From positions 5,092,812-5,156,811 of the forward strand of contig OY762722.1 in NCBI GenBank assembly GCA_963666305.1: DNA of 64,000 nt, in the 5' to 3' direction. The position numbers and the translations under genes were made by a program. Under the pieces are notes generated by a model, which worked only from the letters and a program-made list of their open reading frames with translations, made no database searches and was not told where the DNA came from. Positions 39,774-49,441 of the stretch are shown piece after piece (position 1 is the stretch's first letter; each line of letters starts with the position of its first letter). This DNA is from Candidatus Poribacteria bacterium. Lineage in GTDB: Bacteria > Poribacteria > WGA-4E > WGA-3G.

Positions 39774-39788
39774 TGGCACAAAATTTGC
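39774..39788 (+). promoter_or_regulatory. Sigma54 -24/-12 promoter consensus
   Basis: TGGCAC-aaaat-TTGC in a long AT-rich intergenic region. Confidence 0.55.
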
Positions 39789-40121
39789 GATGTAATTCAT
39801 GTTAGGACGTTATTATTGGTCAAGTTGTGTATACAATACAATCATCGGTATGCCTATTTTCGTTTGAACCGCAAATTAAATGTCCTGCAGTATAGGGTGG
39901 GTTGAGCGGAGAGAAATAAACGCTATTAAATTTCTAAAGGTTTTTTGACAAACACTCCCCCGTAACATATTTTAAACGCATTTTGTTTGACTTCGTTGCT
40001 TTTTTGTGGTATCTTTAATAATAGAATAGGGGTTAAATAGGTCTAATTACAGACATAATACGGAGATACCAATTTCGGTGTGGGCAACACCCAAGCAAAA
40101 ACACCTGAAACTTGTAAAAAT

Positions 40122-40961
40122 ATGATCCTCGGTGCACATGTATCTACTTCAGGCGGCTTACATAACGCCATTACAAATGGCGACAAACTCCACTGCGACA
40201 CAATCCAAATCTTCTTGAGAAACCCAAACCGATGGGTGGCGAAACCGCCGATCCCTGCCGTAATGGACAAGTTTCGTGATGCTTGGACAGCATCCGCCAT
40301 TGGGGAAGTGATTGTTCACGATATTCACTTGAGCAACCTCGCTTCGCCGAAAACAGAGGTCCTCGAAAAATCACGCCAACAGTTTCAGGAGCAGATGGAA
40401 CTTGCGGATACGCTCGGTCTCCGCTACATCGTGACACACCTCGGCGCGCACCTTGGCGAGGGTGAAAGGTTCGGCTTAAAGCTGTTAAGCGAAAGTTTCG
40501 ATTTTCTATTCAAAAACGTTGAGGCACCAGATGTCACTGTTCTCCTTGAAACCACCGCTGGGCAAGGCACAAACCTCGGCTATTGCTTTGAACATTTGCG
40601 TGATGTCATCAGTATGTCGAAATACCCCGATCGGTTTGGTGTCTGTTTGGATACGTGCCATGTTTTCGCCGCTGGCTACGACCTCCGGACGGAGGCTGAT
40701 TGCGAGGCAACATTTAATCAGTTCGACGAGGTTATCGGCTTAGCGCGATTAAAGGCTTTTCATCTCAACGACGCAAAATCAACCTATCAGAGTCGCGTGG
40801 ACCGGCATGAACACATCGGCGATGGCAATATCGGTGCAACTGCATTCGCTTATATCCTCAACGATTCCCGGTTCGCGGAAATTCCACTTATCATTGAAAC
40901 ACCACAGATGGAGACAATGCACGAGACAAACCTCGCGACCTTACGCGGATTACGCGTGTAG
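40122..40961 (+). CDS. nfo: Endonuclease IV
   Basis: LGAHVSTSGG, LLETTAGQG, CLDTCH, HLND, DRHEHIG, ETP. Confidence 0.93.
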   Translation: MILGAHVSTSGGLHNAITNGDKLHCDTIQIFLRNPNRWVAKPPIPAVMDKFRDAWTASAIGEVIVHDIHLSNLASPKTEVLEKSRQQFQEQMELADTLGLRYIVTHLGAHLGEGERFGLKLLSESFDFLFKNVEAPDVTVLLETTAGQGTNLGYCFEHLRDVISMSKYPDRFGVCLDTCHVFAAGYDLRTEADCEATFNQFDEVIGLARLKAFHLNDAKSTYQSRVDRHEHIGDGNIGATAFAYILNDSRFAEIPLIIETPQMETMHETNLATLRGLRV

Positions 40962-41197
40962 AGTGGTCTGCAGGTTTTCCCTATTGCGTGTAAAGAAGGG
41001 CGGGAAGTAAAGGGTGTCTATCGGTTTTTGGGAAGTTGCTTTTCTCATTCTTCTTTTTTTAGGAATCGTCATTGTGTCTCGTCTTGTTGAACGTTTCCGG
41101 GTGAAACGTATTTGTCCTGAGTGTGGATTGGCGATTCGTACACATACACAAATCTGTCCGTCGTGCAAGTACAGTTTTCCTACAAAGGCATAAAATC

Positions 41198-41404
41198 ATG
41201 GATAAAACGAAATTAAAAATCGATGGAATGTCCTGTCAACATTGCGTCAAAACGGTAACGGATGCCCTCACAGAACTTCCGGGTGTTCGGCGTGCGAAGG
41301 TAAACTTACGCAAAGCCGAGGCTGTCGTTCATTTCGATGCCTCACGCGTCACTCCAGCACATCTCACAGAGGCGATAACTGCTGTGGGTTTCAAGGTCAT
41401 TTAA
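41198..41404 (+). CDS. copZ: Heavy-metal-associated domain copper chaperone
   Basis: GMSCQHC in a 68-aa HMA domain. Confidence 0.85.
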   Translation: MDKTKLKIDGMSCQHCVKTVTDALTELPGVRRAKVNLRKAEAVVHFDASRVTPAHLTEAITAVGFKVI

Positions 41405-41527
41405 TTAGGACTCTATTGGCTAATGAATCGAATAGACTATGCATTTGTAAAGTCAAACGGGTCCTTTGCAATTACGCATTGGCTGGCAGCATTCGGATTT
41501 TCAAAAAAATAAGATTGGAGAGAATTA

Positions 41528-42319
41528 ATGAAAAAATTGCTCATTGCAATTTTTATAGTGTCTTTAACTATCACTGGATGTGACATCCCCTATACAGGTC
41601 ACATGCTAACAGTTGATGACGTAGACCAGTATCTTCACTCGACTGGTGAGGACGCTGTTTGCCTGCAAGACGGACTTGACTCTCTCTGCGTAAAGCTCAC
41701 TCCGGGAGCAAGAGGACCGCAAGGACCACCCGGACCCCAAGGACCCCAAGGACCCCAAGGACCCCAAGGACCCCAAGGACCACCCGGAAACCCTGGTGTA
41801 AATGCTCCAGTCATCCACATTCATGAACAGAGCATCCTTTACGACTTCTATCATGAAAACAAACTTTTTCTGCGGGCAGAGAAGCAGATGGACACCTCTG
41901 AACTCTTAGAACAATTAGCGGCACAACAAGGCGATGACCCTTTGGCACAGACTATTGAAGCAAACAGCGTTTTCCCTGAGGAGGTGGAGGAAGGCTGGAT
42001 AGTGAGGATATACTATCAAGATCCAATCCCCCTCAATCGTGGACTCACACTTGGAACCAGTGGATTTGATGTCACCATAACGGTAGATGCGTTTTATGGA
42101 TTAAAGACTCCTATAGACACCAATACACCGGTATCACAAACCAGAGGTCCCGATGGGGAAGCAATTCAGTTCTTTGTTGAGACTGAGTCTAATTGGATAA
42201 CCATTTCTGTGGTAGGCTTAGTACCCGACTTTAGAGCAACATTCACATTCTCAGATGGAGTGGGCACAAGTGCGTCAGTGCCATTGGGCGAATCTATTTT
42301 CTACCTGAGTCCTCAGTAA
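41528..42319 (+). CDS. Lipoprotein with collagen-like (Gly-X-Y)11 linker
   Basis: Lipobox ITGC; GARGPQGPP(GPQ)5GPPGNPGVN. Confidence 0.8.
   Translation: MKKLLIAIFIVSLTITGCDIPYTGHMLTVDDVDQYLHSTGEDAVCLQDGLDSLCVKLTPGARGPQGPPGPQGPQGPQGPQGPQGPPGNPGVNAPVIHIHEQSILYDFYHENKLFLRAEKQMDTSELLEQLAAQQGDDPLAQTIEANSVFPEEVEEGWIVRIYYQDPIPLNRGLTLGTSGFDVTITVDAFYGLKTPIDTNTPVSQTRGPDGEAIQFFVETESNWITISVVGLVPDFRATFTFSDGVGTSASVPLGESIFYLSPQ
41732..41776 (+). repeat. In-frame tandem repeat 5 x ggaccccaa
   Basis: Directly visible; encodes (GPQ)5. Confidence 0.9.
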
Positions 42320-42439
42320 AGTTAGTGATTTAGCAATTGGTAGCGGCATGCCAGTGAAGGTTTTAGACATAAACGAACTTTCAACAAATGCAATATGTTT
42401 TAGTCGAACTGACGCTAACTAAGACAAGAATGGAGGTAA

Positions 42440-43447
42440 TTGATGAAAAAATTGCTCATTGCAATTTTTATAGCGTCCCTGACTGTCATTGGATGTGAAC
42501 TTCCTTATACAGGTCCCATACTAACGGTTGATGATGTAGACCGGTATCGTCACTCAGTTGATGAGGACACTGGTTGCCTGCTTGCCGGGTTTGATTCTAT
42601 TTGTCTAAAGGTTATTCCGGGGGACATAGGACCCCAAGGACCACCAGGACCACCAGGACCACCGGGACCCCAAGGACTCGAAGGACCACAGGGGAACCCT
42701 GGTGCCAACGCTCCCATCATCCACATTCATGAAAACAGCATCGTTTACGAGTTCTATTATGAAAACAAACTCATTCTGCGCGCAGAAAAGCAAACAGACA
42801 CCTCCGAACTTTTAGCACTATTAGCAGCACAACAAGGTAGTAATCAGGATAATGGCGGAAACAACGGTGGAAACGGTGATGGAAACGGGAATGGGAACGG
42901 CAACGGGAGTGGAAACGACGGTGGAGACGGTGGTGGAGACGGCGGTGGAGACGGCGGTAGTGGAGACGGCGGTGGTGGAGACGGCGGCAATGGAGGGACC
43001 ATTCATCCGGGAAGCCCTGATGAGGTAGATGCGCACCACATTCGACCCAGGGGATGGCACGTGTCAATACCTTACCTTACGCCCCCCCAAAATGTTGATT
43101 CGATTCCCGCTACGTTTGCGGCACATCAAAATAAAGTGCTCCGTATCAAAATAACAGGCAAAAATGGTATAATAGTGGACCCTAATGAAAATCCGCCTTC
43201 TTCCGTAGTGACGACATTTGGGAAAACCGAGCATGGACACCCTACCGTATACGGCATCCAGTTCACTGTTCCTATTACCTCAACGAATTATGGTGGCTGG
43301 GACGATAACGATTATGATGACTGGATAACCATTCGGGTGGAAAGTTTGGTACCTGGTAATCCCAAAATTGTCGAGCTTACAGCAAGATTCAAGATTGAAG
43401 GCGGTGTAGTTTCAGCGGATACCAACGTAACCTCCCAACTTGATTAA
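42440..43447 (+). CDS. Paralogous lipoprotein with collagen-like (Gly-X-Y)10 and a Gly/Asn/Asp-rich linker
   Basis: Lipobox VIGC; N-terminal module shared with 41528. Confidence 0.8.
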   Translation: MMKKLLIAIFIASLTVIGCELPYTGPILTVDDVDRYRHSVDEDTGCLLAGFDSICLKVIPGDIGPQGPPGPPGPPGPQGLEGPQGNPGANAPIIHIHENSIVYEFYYENKLILRAEKQTDTSELLALLAAQQGSNQDNGGNNGGNGDGNGNGNGNGSGNDGGDGGGDGGGDGGSGDGGGGDGGNGGTIHPGSPDEVDAHHIRPRGWHVSIPYLTPPQNVDSIPATFAAHQNKVLRIKITGKNGIIVDPNENPPSSVVTTFGKTEHGHPTVYGIQFTVPITSTNYGGWDDNDYDDWITIRVESLVPGNPKIVELTARFKIEGGVVSADTNVTSQLD

Positions 43448-43805
43448 TGATTGAACCTATACCTAATGAATAATGATTCTACAAAGAAAAAATCTCTGAA
43501 GTTAGCAGAGAAGGTCCGAAGAAGAGTTAGACTTATTTGTTATTGGTTGGTTATGTAAAATAGAGATTTAAGAGAGACAGAGACGGTTTTTACCGCGTTA
43601 TACCAGGTCCAAATGTTGTCCTGGCATCGAGGTTATAGTGAAATCCGAAAATGCGGAAGCATCTCAGAAAACGATATAACCGTTCCTTTTCTTCGCTGGT
43701 GGGTATTTTTGCGGATTCCCTCAAGTAACCCCGCCAATCTTTTAATCTATGCGTCATTGTATATTTTGCAAATATCCCTAAAAAGGTCAAATCATTCAAT
43801 TCCCT

Positions 43806-44098
43806 GTAGGAGCGACCTTCCGGTCGCGACTCCTGATTTCCAAAAATCTATAGAAAACATGAGGGTGGTGTACGGATACTACCCCCTACGTGAGTGAACC
43901 ACATTGACATTTCAAACAATGCTTCACGTTGGGTAAGAGCTGCTCCCACTGTAGCGCAAACTGTTCGTTCGCGTAGAACACAGCACAAACTATGGTAGGT
44001 TTTAGAATTACCTATACACTATAACGGCGAGGTTAGGAAACCTCGCCAGCGATAGAGTGAACCTACCGAGGCAGTCGGGGTTGAAAACCCCTCCCACA
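43806..44098. repeat. Cluster of several different REP-like palindromes
   Basis: gtaggagcgaccttccggtcgc (43806), gtagcgcaaactgttcgttcgcg (43951), ggcgaggttaggaaacctcgcc (44026), tcggggttgaaaacccctcccaca (44075); three have copies elsewhere in the window. Confidence 0.65.
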
Positions 44099-44150
44099 AG
44101 TTATTGAAATGCTACTTATTTACAGGTTTTACCATAAATAACCCTAAGGG

Positions 44151-44179
44151 TTGCAAACCGCGGCAGAGTCGGGTATAAT
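44151..44179 (+). promoter_or_regulatory. Sigma70-type promoter for obgE
   Basis: TTGCAA-17 bp-TATAAT. Confidence 0.6.
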
Positions 44180-44282
44180 TAATAAAGAGTGATTCATATC
44201 TAAACGTCCTACAGTGACAAAGCATTTTGGTTGACACAGCAGACAATCGGAATTAACCCTTATTCTCTAAAGGGTGTAATCT

Positions 44283-45572
44283 ATGGACACAGCAAGAATT
44301 CAGGTCAAAGCAGGCGATGGCGGGAACGGATGCATCAGTTTCCGCCGAGAAAAGTACGTTCCTCGCGGCGGTCCCGATGGCGGGGACGGTGGCAACGGCG
44401 GAAACGTCCGCCTCGTCGCTACCCTTTGGATGAGTACGCTGATCGATTTGCATCATAATCCGCGTCAGGTCGCTGAAAACGGGGGACACGGCATGGGCAA
44501 GCAAAAAGACGGTGCCGATGGCGCAGATTGCGTTGTTAGAGTCCCTGCTGGCACCATCGTCAGAGACTCAGAAACGGCCGAATTGCTTTCAGATCTGACG
44601 GAGCCTGATGACACTGTTGTTGTCGCGCGTGGGGGAATTGGCGGTAAAGGCAATGCCCGTTTTAAGAGCAGTACCTTTCAGGCCCCGCGCGTTGCAGAAA
44701 AAGGGGAACCCGGAGAAGCACGCGAAATAAGTCTTGAAGTCAAACTCATCGCCGATATTGGGTTGGTCGGCTATCCGAACGCCGGTAAATCGACACTGCT
44801 GGCGCGCACCTCTGCCGCGACCCCGAAAATCGCTGCCTATCCATTCACCACACTCCGTCCGAATCTGGGTGTCGTCCGCATCAATCGGGAGCAGAATTTC
44901 GTACTCGCCGACATTCCAGGGTTGATAGAAGGCGCGCACGAAGGCGCAGGCTTGGGGCATCAATTCCTGCGGCACATCGAGCGCACCAAGATGCTGATAC
45001 ATGTCATCGATCTGAGCGCGACAGATGGACGAGACCCGATTGAGGACTACGAACAACTCAACCTTGAACTGGAGCATTACAACGAACTGTTGACAAAACT
45101 CCCACAAATCATCGCTCTGAATAAGATAGATATGCCGGAAGCTACGGCGAATTTGGAACGCGTCCAAAAATATTTCGGTAAGCGGAAAGTCTTCCCTATC
45201 TCCGCTGTTACAGGCGAAGGCGTGAACCCACTCATACAACAAGCGTACCGCTCCTTACAATATCTTGAAACACGCGCCCGAAAGGAAGCCGAGACAACGA
45301 TTGTCTTTGAGCCGGAAATTCCATCGGAGCCGCGCGCACGGTTTGAACTTGCTGAGGCACAGGAAGGGTTTGTTGTCAGCGGTGAAGAACCTCGCCGCGC
45401 CGTTCTCATGACCGACATGGAAAACGAGCAAGCACTGATTCTGCTGTACCGGAAACTGAAAAGGATCGGAGTGATTAACGCACTGGAACGCGCAGGTGCA
45501 GTGGAAGGAGACACCATTCAGATTGATGAATTTGAGTTCACCTATAGTCCACGAGCAATGCGATCCAGTTGA
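44283..45572 (+). CDS. obgE: GTPase ObgE/CgtA
   Basis: FRREKYVPRGGPDGGDGG, GYPNAGKST, YPFTT, DIPG, NKID, C-terminal OCT domain. Confidence 0.97.
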   Translation: MDTARIQVKAGDGGNGCISFRREKYVPRGGPDGGDGGNGGNVRLVATLWMSTLIDLHHNPRQVAENGGHGMGKQKDGADGADCVVRVPAGTIVRDSETAELLSDLTEPDDTVVVARGGIGGKGNARFKSSTFQAPRVAEKGEPGEAREISLEVKLIADIGLVGYPNAGKSTLLARTSAATPKIAAYPFTTLRPNLGVVRINREQNFVLADIPGLIEGAHEGAGLGHQFLRHIERTKMLIHVIDLSATDGRDPIEDYEQLNLELEHYNELLTKLPQIIALNKIDMPEATANLERVQKYFGKRKVFPISAVTGEGVNPLIQQAYRSLQYLETRARKEAETTIVFEPEIPSEPRARFELAEAQEGFVVSGEEPRRAVLMTDMENEQALILLYRKLKRIGVINALERAGAVEGDTIQIDEFEFTYSPRAMRSS

Positions 45573-46689
45573 ACAGCGTGTCTGTTTGTCGGACGTGAAA
45601 CGCATTGTTGTAAAAGTTGGCAGCAGTACCATTTCCGAAGGAGCACATCTCAACGAAGATGCACTCCATGGGCTTGTCCACGATTTAGCACTCGTTAAAC
45701 AGGACGGTGTAGAGGTTATCCTCGTCACATCCGGGGCAATCGCCGCGGGCTGGCCCCGACTCGGTTTGAAACAGCGTCCGCAGACGCTACCGCGCTTACA
45801 AGCCGCCGCCGCCGTTGGACAGATCGAGTTGATGGCAGTCTACGAGGAACTATTTCGCAACTATGGACAGCGGACGGCACTCATGCTGCTCACACGCGAC
45901 GATTTTTCCAACCGAGAACGCTACACCCGCATGAACGACACAATGCGCGCCCTCCTACATCTCGGTGTGATTCCGATTATCAATGAAAACGATACAGTCG
46001 CCGTGGACGAGATTCGGGTTGGTGATAACGATACCCTCTCTGCTTATGTAACGAACCTCGCCCAAGCACAACTCCTCGTCATCCTTTCAGATCAGGCTGG
46101 TTTTTACACCGCAGATCCGAGACACGATCCTAACTCGGAATTGATACACACTGTTACAACCATCTCAAAGGCAGTCTGGAAAGCCGCCGGGCAAGCTGGC
46201 ACAACAAGCGGCACTGGCGGGATGGTGACGAAATTGCAAGCCGCTGATATCGTCACCGGATCAGGAGAGATGATGGTGTTGGCATACGGACAGGAACCGC
46301 TCGTCGTAACAAGGCTCTTGAAAGGCGAGCTTCTCGGAACGTTATTCCTTCCAAATTCGCGTATCTCTGGAAGGAAACGGTGGATCGCCTATTCACGCCC
46401 GCCTAAAGGCAGACTCTTTGTGGACAATGGCGCACGCGATGCCCTCGTGCAAGGTGGTAAAAGCTTACTACCTGCTGGCATCCGACGCGTTGAAGGTGAT
46501 TTCGACTATAGCGATACAGTCTCGTGCTTCACCGAAAACGGCACGGAATTCGCACGCGGTTTGGTGAACTATAATGCCATAGAGACAGCCAAACTCGCAG
46601 GAAAACACACCAAGCACATTGAGAATATTCTCGGCTACCGCGATTACGATGAAATCATACACCGAGATAATTTGGTATTACTCGACTAA
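45526..46689 (+). CDS. proB: Glutamate 5-kinase (start uncertain)
   Basis: VVKVGSS, VTSGAIAAG, INENDTV, GDNDTLS, GTGGMVTK, PUA domain. Confidence 0.95.
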   Translation: MNLSSPIVHEQCDPVEQRVCLSDVKRIVVKVGSSTISEGAHLNEDALHGLVHDLALVKQDGVEVILVTSGAIAAGWPRLGLKQRPQTLPRLQAAAAVGQIELMAVYEELFRNYGQRTALMLLTRDDFSNRERYTRMNDTMRALLHLGVIPIINENDTVAVDEIRVGDNDTLSAYVTNLAQAQLLVILSDQAGFYTADPRHDPNSELIHTVTTISKAVWKAAGQAGTTSGTGGMVTKLQAADIVTGSGEMMVLAYGQEPLVVTRLLKGELLGTLFLPNSRISGRKRWIAYSRPPKGRLFVDNGARDALVQGGKSLLPAGIRRVEGDFDYSDTVSCFTENGTEFARGLVNYNAIETAKLAGKHTKHIENILGYRDYDEIIHRDNLVLLD

Positions 46690-46701
46690 TTTTGTACATC
46701 T

Positions 46702-47478
46702 ACCTATCTGTGGACCGAAATAGGTAGCTCCGCTGGAGCAACTCAGGTTGGTATATTTGTGTATCTACAGACATTTTGCTCCGATGGAGCAAGGATAGGC
46801 ATTGTATTTTCTGTCGCGAACCAGAACTCTCTGTGCAACGAAACACGGAACTCCGTTGGAGCAACTCAGATTGGTATATTTGTGTATCTACAGACATTTT
46901 GCTCCGATGGAGCAAGGATAGGCATTGTATTTTCTGTCGCGAACCAGAACTCTCTGTGCAACGAAACACGGAACTCCGTTGGAACAACCACGCGCATTGT
47001 ATTTTCTGACATTAGGCAGAACCTATCTGTGGAACGAAACACGGAACTCCGATGGAGCAACTCAGATTTGTATATTTGTGTATCCACAGACATTTTGCTC
47101 CGATGGAGCAAAGATAGCATCGTATTCTCTGTCGCGAGGCAGAACCTGTTTGTAGAATAAAGCACGGTTTCCGTCAGGCAGAACCTATCTGTGGAACGAA
47201 ACACAGAACTCCGTTGGAACAACTCAGATTGGTATATTTGTGTATCCACAGACATTTTGCTCCGATGGAGCAAAGATAGCATCGTATTCTCTGTCGCGAG
47301 GCAGAACCTGTTTGTAGAATAAAGCACGGTTTCCGTCAGGCAGAACCTATCTGTGGAACGAAACACGGAACTCCGTTGGAACAACCACGCGCACTGTATT
47401 TTCTGCCGTTAGGCAGAACCTGTTTGTAGAATAAAGCACCCTGTGTCTCTTTTACTCCGTTAGGAGTTACCTATCTAT
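46702..47478. repeat. Mosaic palindromic repeat array (REP/BIME-like): 2 x 123 bp plus 2 x 162 bp built from shared modules
   Basis: Units start at 46741/46864 and 47060/47222; hairpin ttgctccgatggagcaa at 46776, 46899, 47095 and 47257. Confidence 0.9.
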
Positions 47479-47526
47479 AAAACCTGAAAACACAAAAATC
47501 GAAACATCCAAAAGAGGCGAATATCA

Positions 47527-48009
47527 ATGGCAAACACTTATATCCAACTTTACGTTCATATCGTATTTTCCGTTAAAGCGAGACATGCCCTGATACCTAA
47601 ACGCCACAAGCCAGAACTCCACCAATATATTACCGGTATCATCACAAATCGAAAACAAAAGGTTATTCAAATTAACTCAATGCCGGATCACATCCATATC
47701 CTCATCGGAATGACACCAGATATCGCGCTCTCAGATCTGGTGCAGTCTATCAAAATCGGCAGCACCCGATTCATAAATCGGCAGGGTTGGATCGCTGGAA
47801 AATTTCAATGGCAAGAAGGTTTTGGCGCGTTCAGTTATTCCCGCTCCCAGTTAAATACCGTCGTTGCTTACATCGAGAATCAGGAAGAACATCATTCTCA
47901 GCAGACCTTCCATGAGGAATATCTTGAGTTTCTGAAACGTTTCAACATCCCCTACGATGCAAAATACGTCTTTGATTTGGAAACACCGATCGAATCTCCC
48001 AGAAGATAG
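47527..48009 (+). CDS. tnpA: HUH Y1 transposase (IS200/IS605 TnpA or REP-associated RAYT-like)
   Basis: HIVFSVK, MPDHIHIL (HUH), WQEGFGAFS, YIENQEEHH catalytic Tyr. Confidence 0.9.
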   Translation: MANTYIQLYVHIVFSVKARHALIPKRHKPELHQYITGIITNRKQKVIQINSMPDHIHILIGMTPDIALSDLVQSIKIGSTRFINRQGWIAGKFQWQEGFGAFSYSRSQLNTVVAYIENQEEHHSQQTFHEEYLEFLKRFNIPYDAKYVFDLETPIESPRR

Positions 48010-48173
48010 ATTTGCGATACGACGGATATTCCTAACTTCGCTGGATGCCCGCACTTTTTTTACAACAAAATTTGGTTGTGCGACTCTGTTGAAAATTTTC
48101 TAAAATTTATGTTATAGTACCAATTACCATTTCCAATTACCGTCTACTTACGGCGACCTCTCAAAGGAACACT

Positions 48174-49436
48174 ATGAACGGAAACATCCAAGAATTGATC
48201 CAATCGCAGGCGCGAAAGGCAAAATCGGCAATGCGTGTTCTATCACGAAGTTCCGCCGATGTCCGAAACCACGCGCTCTTAGTAATGGCTGAAAGCTTAC
48301 AAAATTCCAAAGATAAAATTCAGGAAGCAAATCGCATTGATCTCGAAAACGGCGAAAAAACAGGACTCGCTGCGCCACTCATGCAACGCCTCCTATTGGA
48401 CGACCAGAAGATTGAACGCATGGTGGACAATCTCCGCCAAGTCGCCGCACTCCCCGATCCAATTGGCGCGATCATCAGTATGGGAGAACGTCCCAATGGG
48501 CTCAAAATTGGCACAGTCCGTGTGCCTATCGGTGTCGTCGCTGTGGTATATGAGTCGCGTCCCGACGTTACTGTTGAAGTATCGGCACTCTGCATCAAGT
48601 CCGGAAACGGGGTCATCCTCCGAGGCGGTTCCGAAGCCATTAACTCCAACGCAACGCTCGCGAGCCTCCTCAGCAATACCGCTGCTGCAGAAGGCGTACC
48701 AGATGCCATTCAGTTCGTTAACACAACCGACCGGCAAGCGGTCTATGAACTCATCCAATTGCCAGACTACGTTGACCTTATCATTCCACGCGGTAGCAAC
48801 GAATTCGTCCAGTTTTTGATGAAAAAATCCGATGTCCCGGTCTTAGGACATGCCGATGGCATCTGTCACATCTACGTTGATGAAGCCGCCGACCTTGACA
48901 TGGCAACCAAGATCTGCATGAATGCGAAAGTTGGCTACAAGGTTGCTGTCTGCAATGCCTTAGAGACACTCCTTGTCCATACAGATGCCGCCGAGAAATT
49001 CCTTCCCACTTTCTGTGACAAGCTACACGGTGCGGATGTTGAAATCCGTGGATGCGAACGAACACAGCAAATCTATCCGGCAGCGAAACCCGCGACCGAA
49101 GAAGATTGGCGGACAGAATACCTCGATTATATCTTATCCGTTCGGGTGGTAGACGACATGAGCACAGCCGTTGATCACATCGAAACCTACGGCTCACATC
49201 ATTCCGATGCGATTATCACCGAAAGTTACAGCGCGGCGCAACGGTTTCTCAAAGAGGTGGATTCCGCCGCAGTCTATGTCAATGCCAGCACTGCCTTCAC
49301 TGATGGCTATGAATTTGGATTAGGTGCCGAGGTCGGGATTAGCACACAAAAACTCCACTCCCGCGGACCGATGGGACTTGAGGGATTGACGACTTATAAG
49401 TATACCATCTACGGAGACGGTCAAGTGCGCGAGTAG
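48174..49436 (+). CDS. proA: Glutamate-5-semialdehyde dehydrogenase
   Basis: VPIGVVAVVYESRP, LRGGSEA, CNALET, GAEVGISTQKLHSRGPMGL. Confidence 0.96.
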   Translation: MNGNIQELIQSQARKAKSAMRVLSRSSADVRNHALLVMAESLQNSKDKIQEANRIDLENGEKTGLAAPLMQRLLLDDQKIERMVDNLRQVAALPDPIGAIISMGERPNGLKIGTVRVPIGVVAVVYESRPDVTVEVSALCIKSGNGVILRGGSEAINSNATLASLLSNTAAAEGVPDAIQFVNTTDRQAVYELIQLPDYVDLIIPRGSNEFVQFLMKKSDVPVLGHADGICHIYVDEAADLDMATKICMNAKVGYKVAVCNALETLLVHTDAAEKFLPTFCDKLHGADVEIRGCERTQQIYPAAKPATEEDWRTEYLDYILSVRVVDDMSTAVDHIETYGSHHSDAIITESYSAAQRFLKEVDSAAVYVNASTAFTDGYEFGLGAEVGISTQKLHSRGPMGLEGLTTYKYTIYGDGQVRE

Positions 49437-49441
49437 GTGTC

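Noticed and set aside
46702-47478. Palindromic array as CRISPR, and ORFs across it (e.g. 46866-47384, 46759-47160) as genes
   Set aside because: Inter-hairpin segments are themselves duplicated rather than unique spacers. The ORFs arise because 123 and 162 are multiples of 3, and they lack RBS or protein-like features.
47527-48170. IS605-type element with tnpB/omegaRNA
   Set aside because: No tnpB or iscB ORF follows; only ~165 bp separate tnpA from proA.
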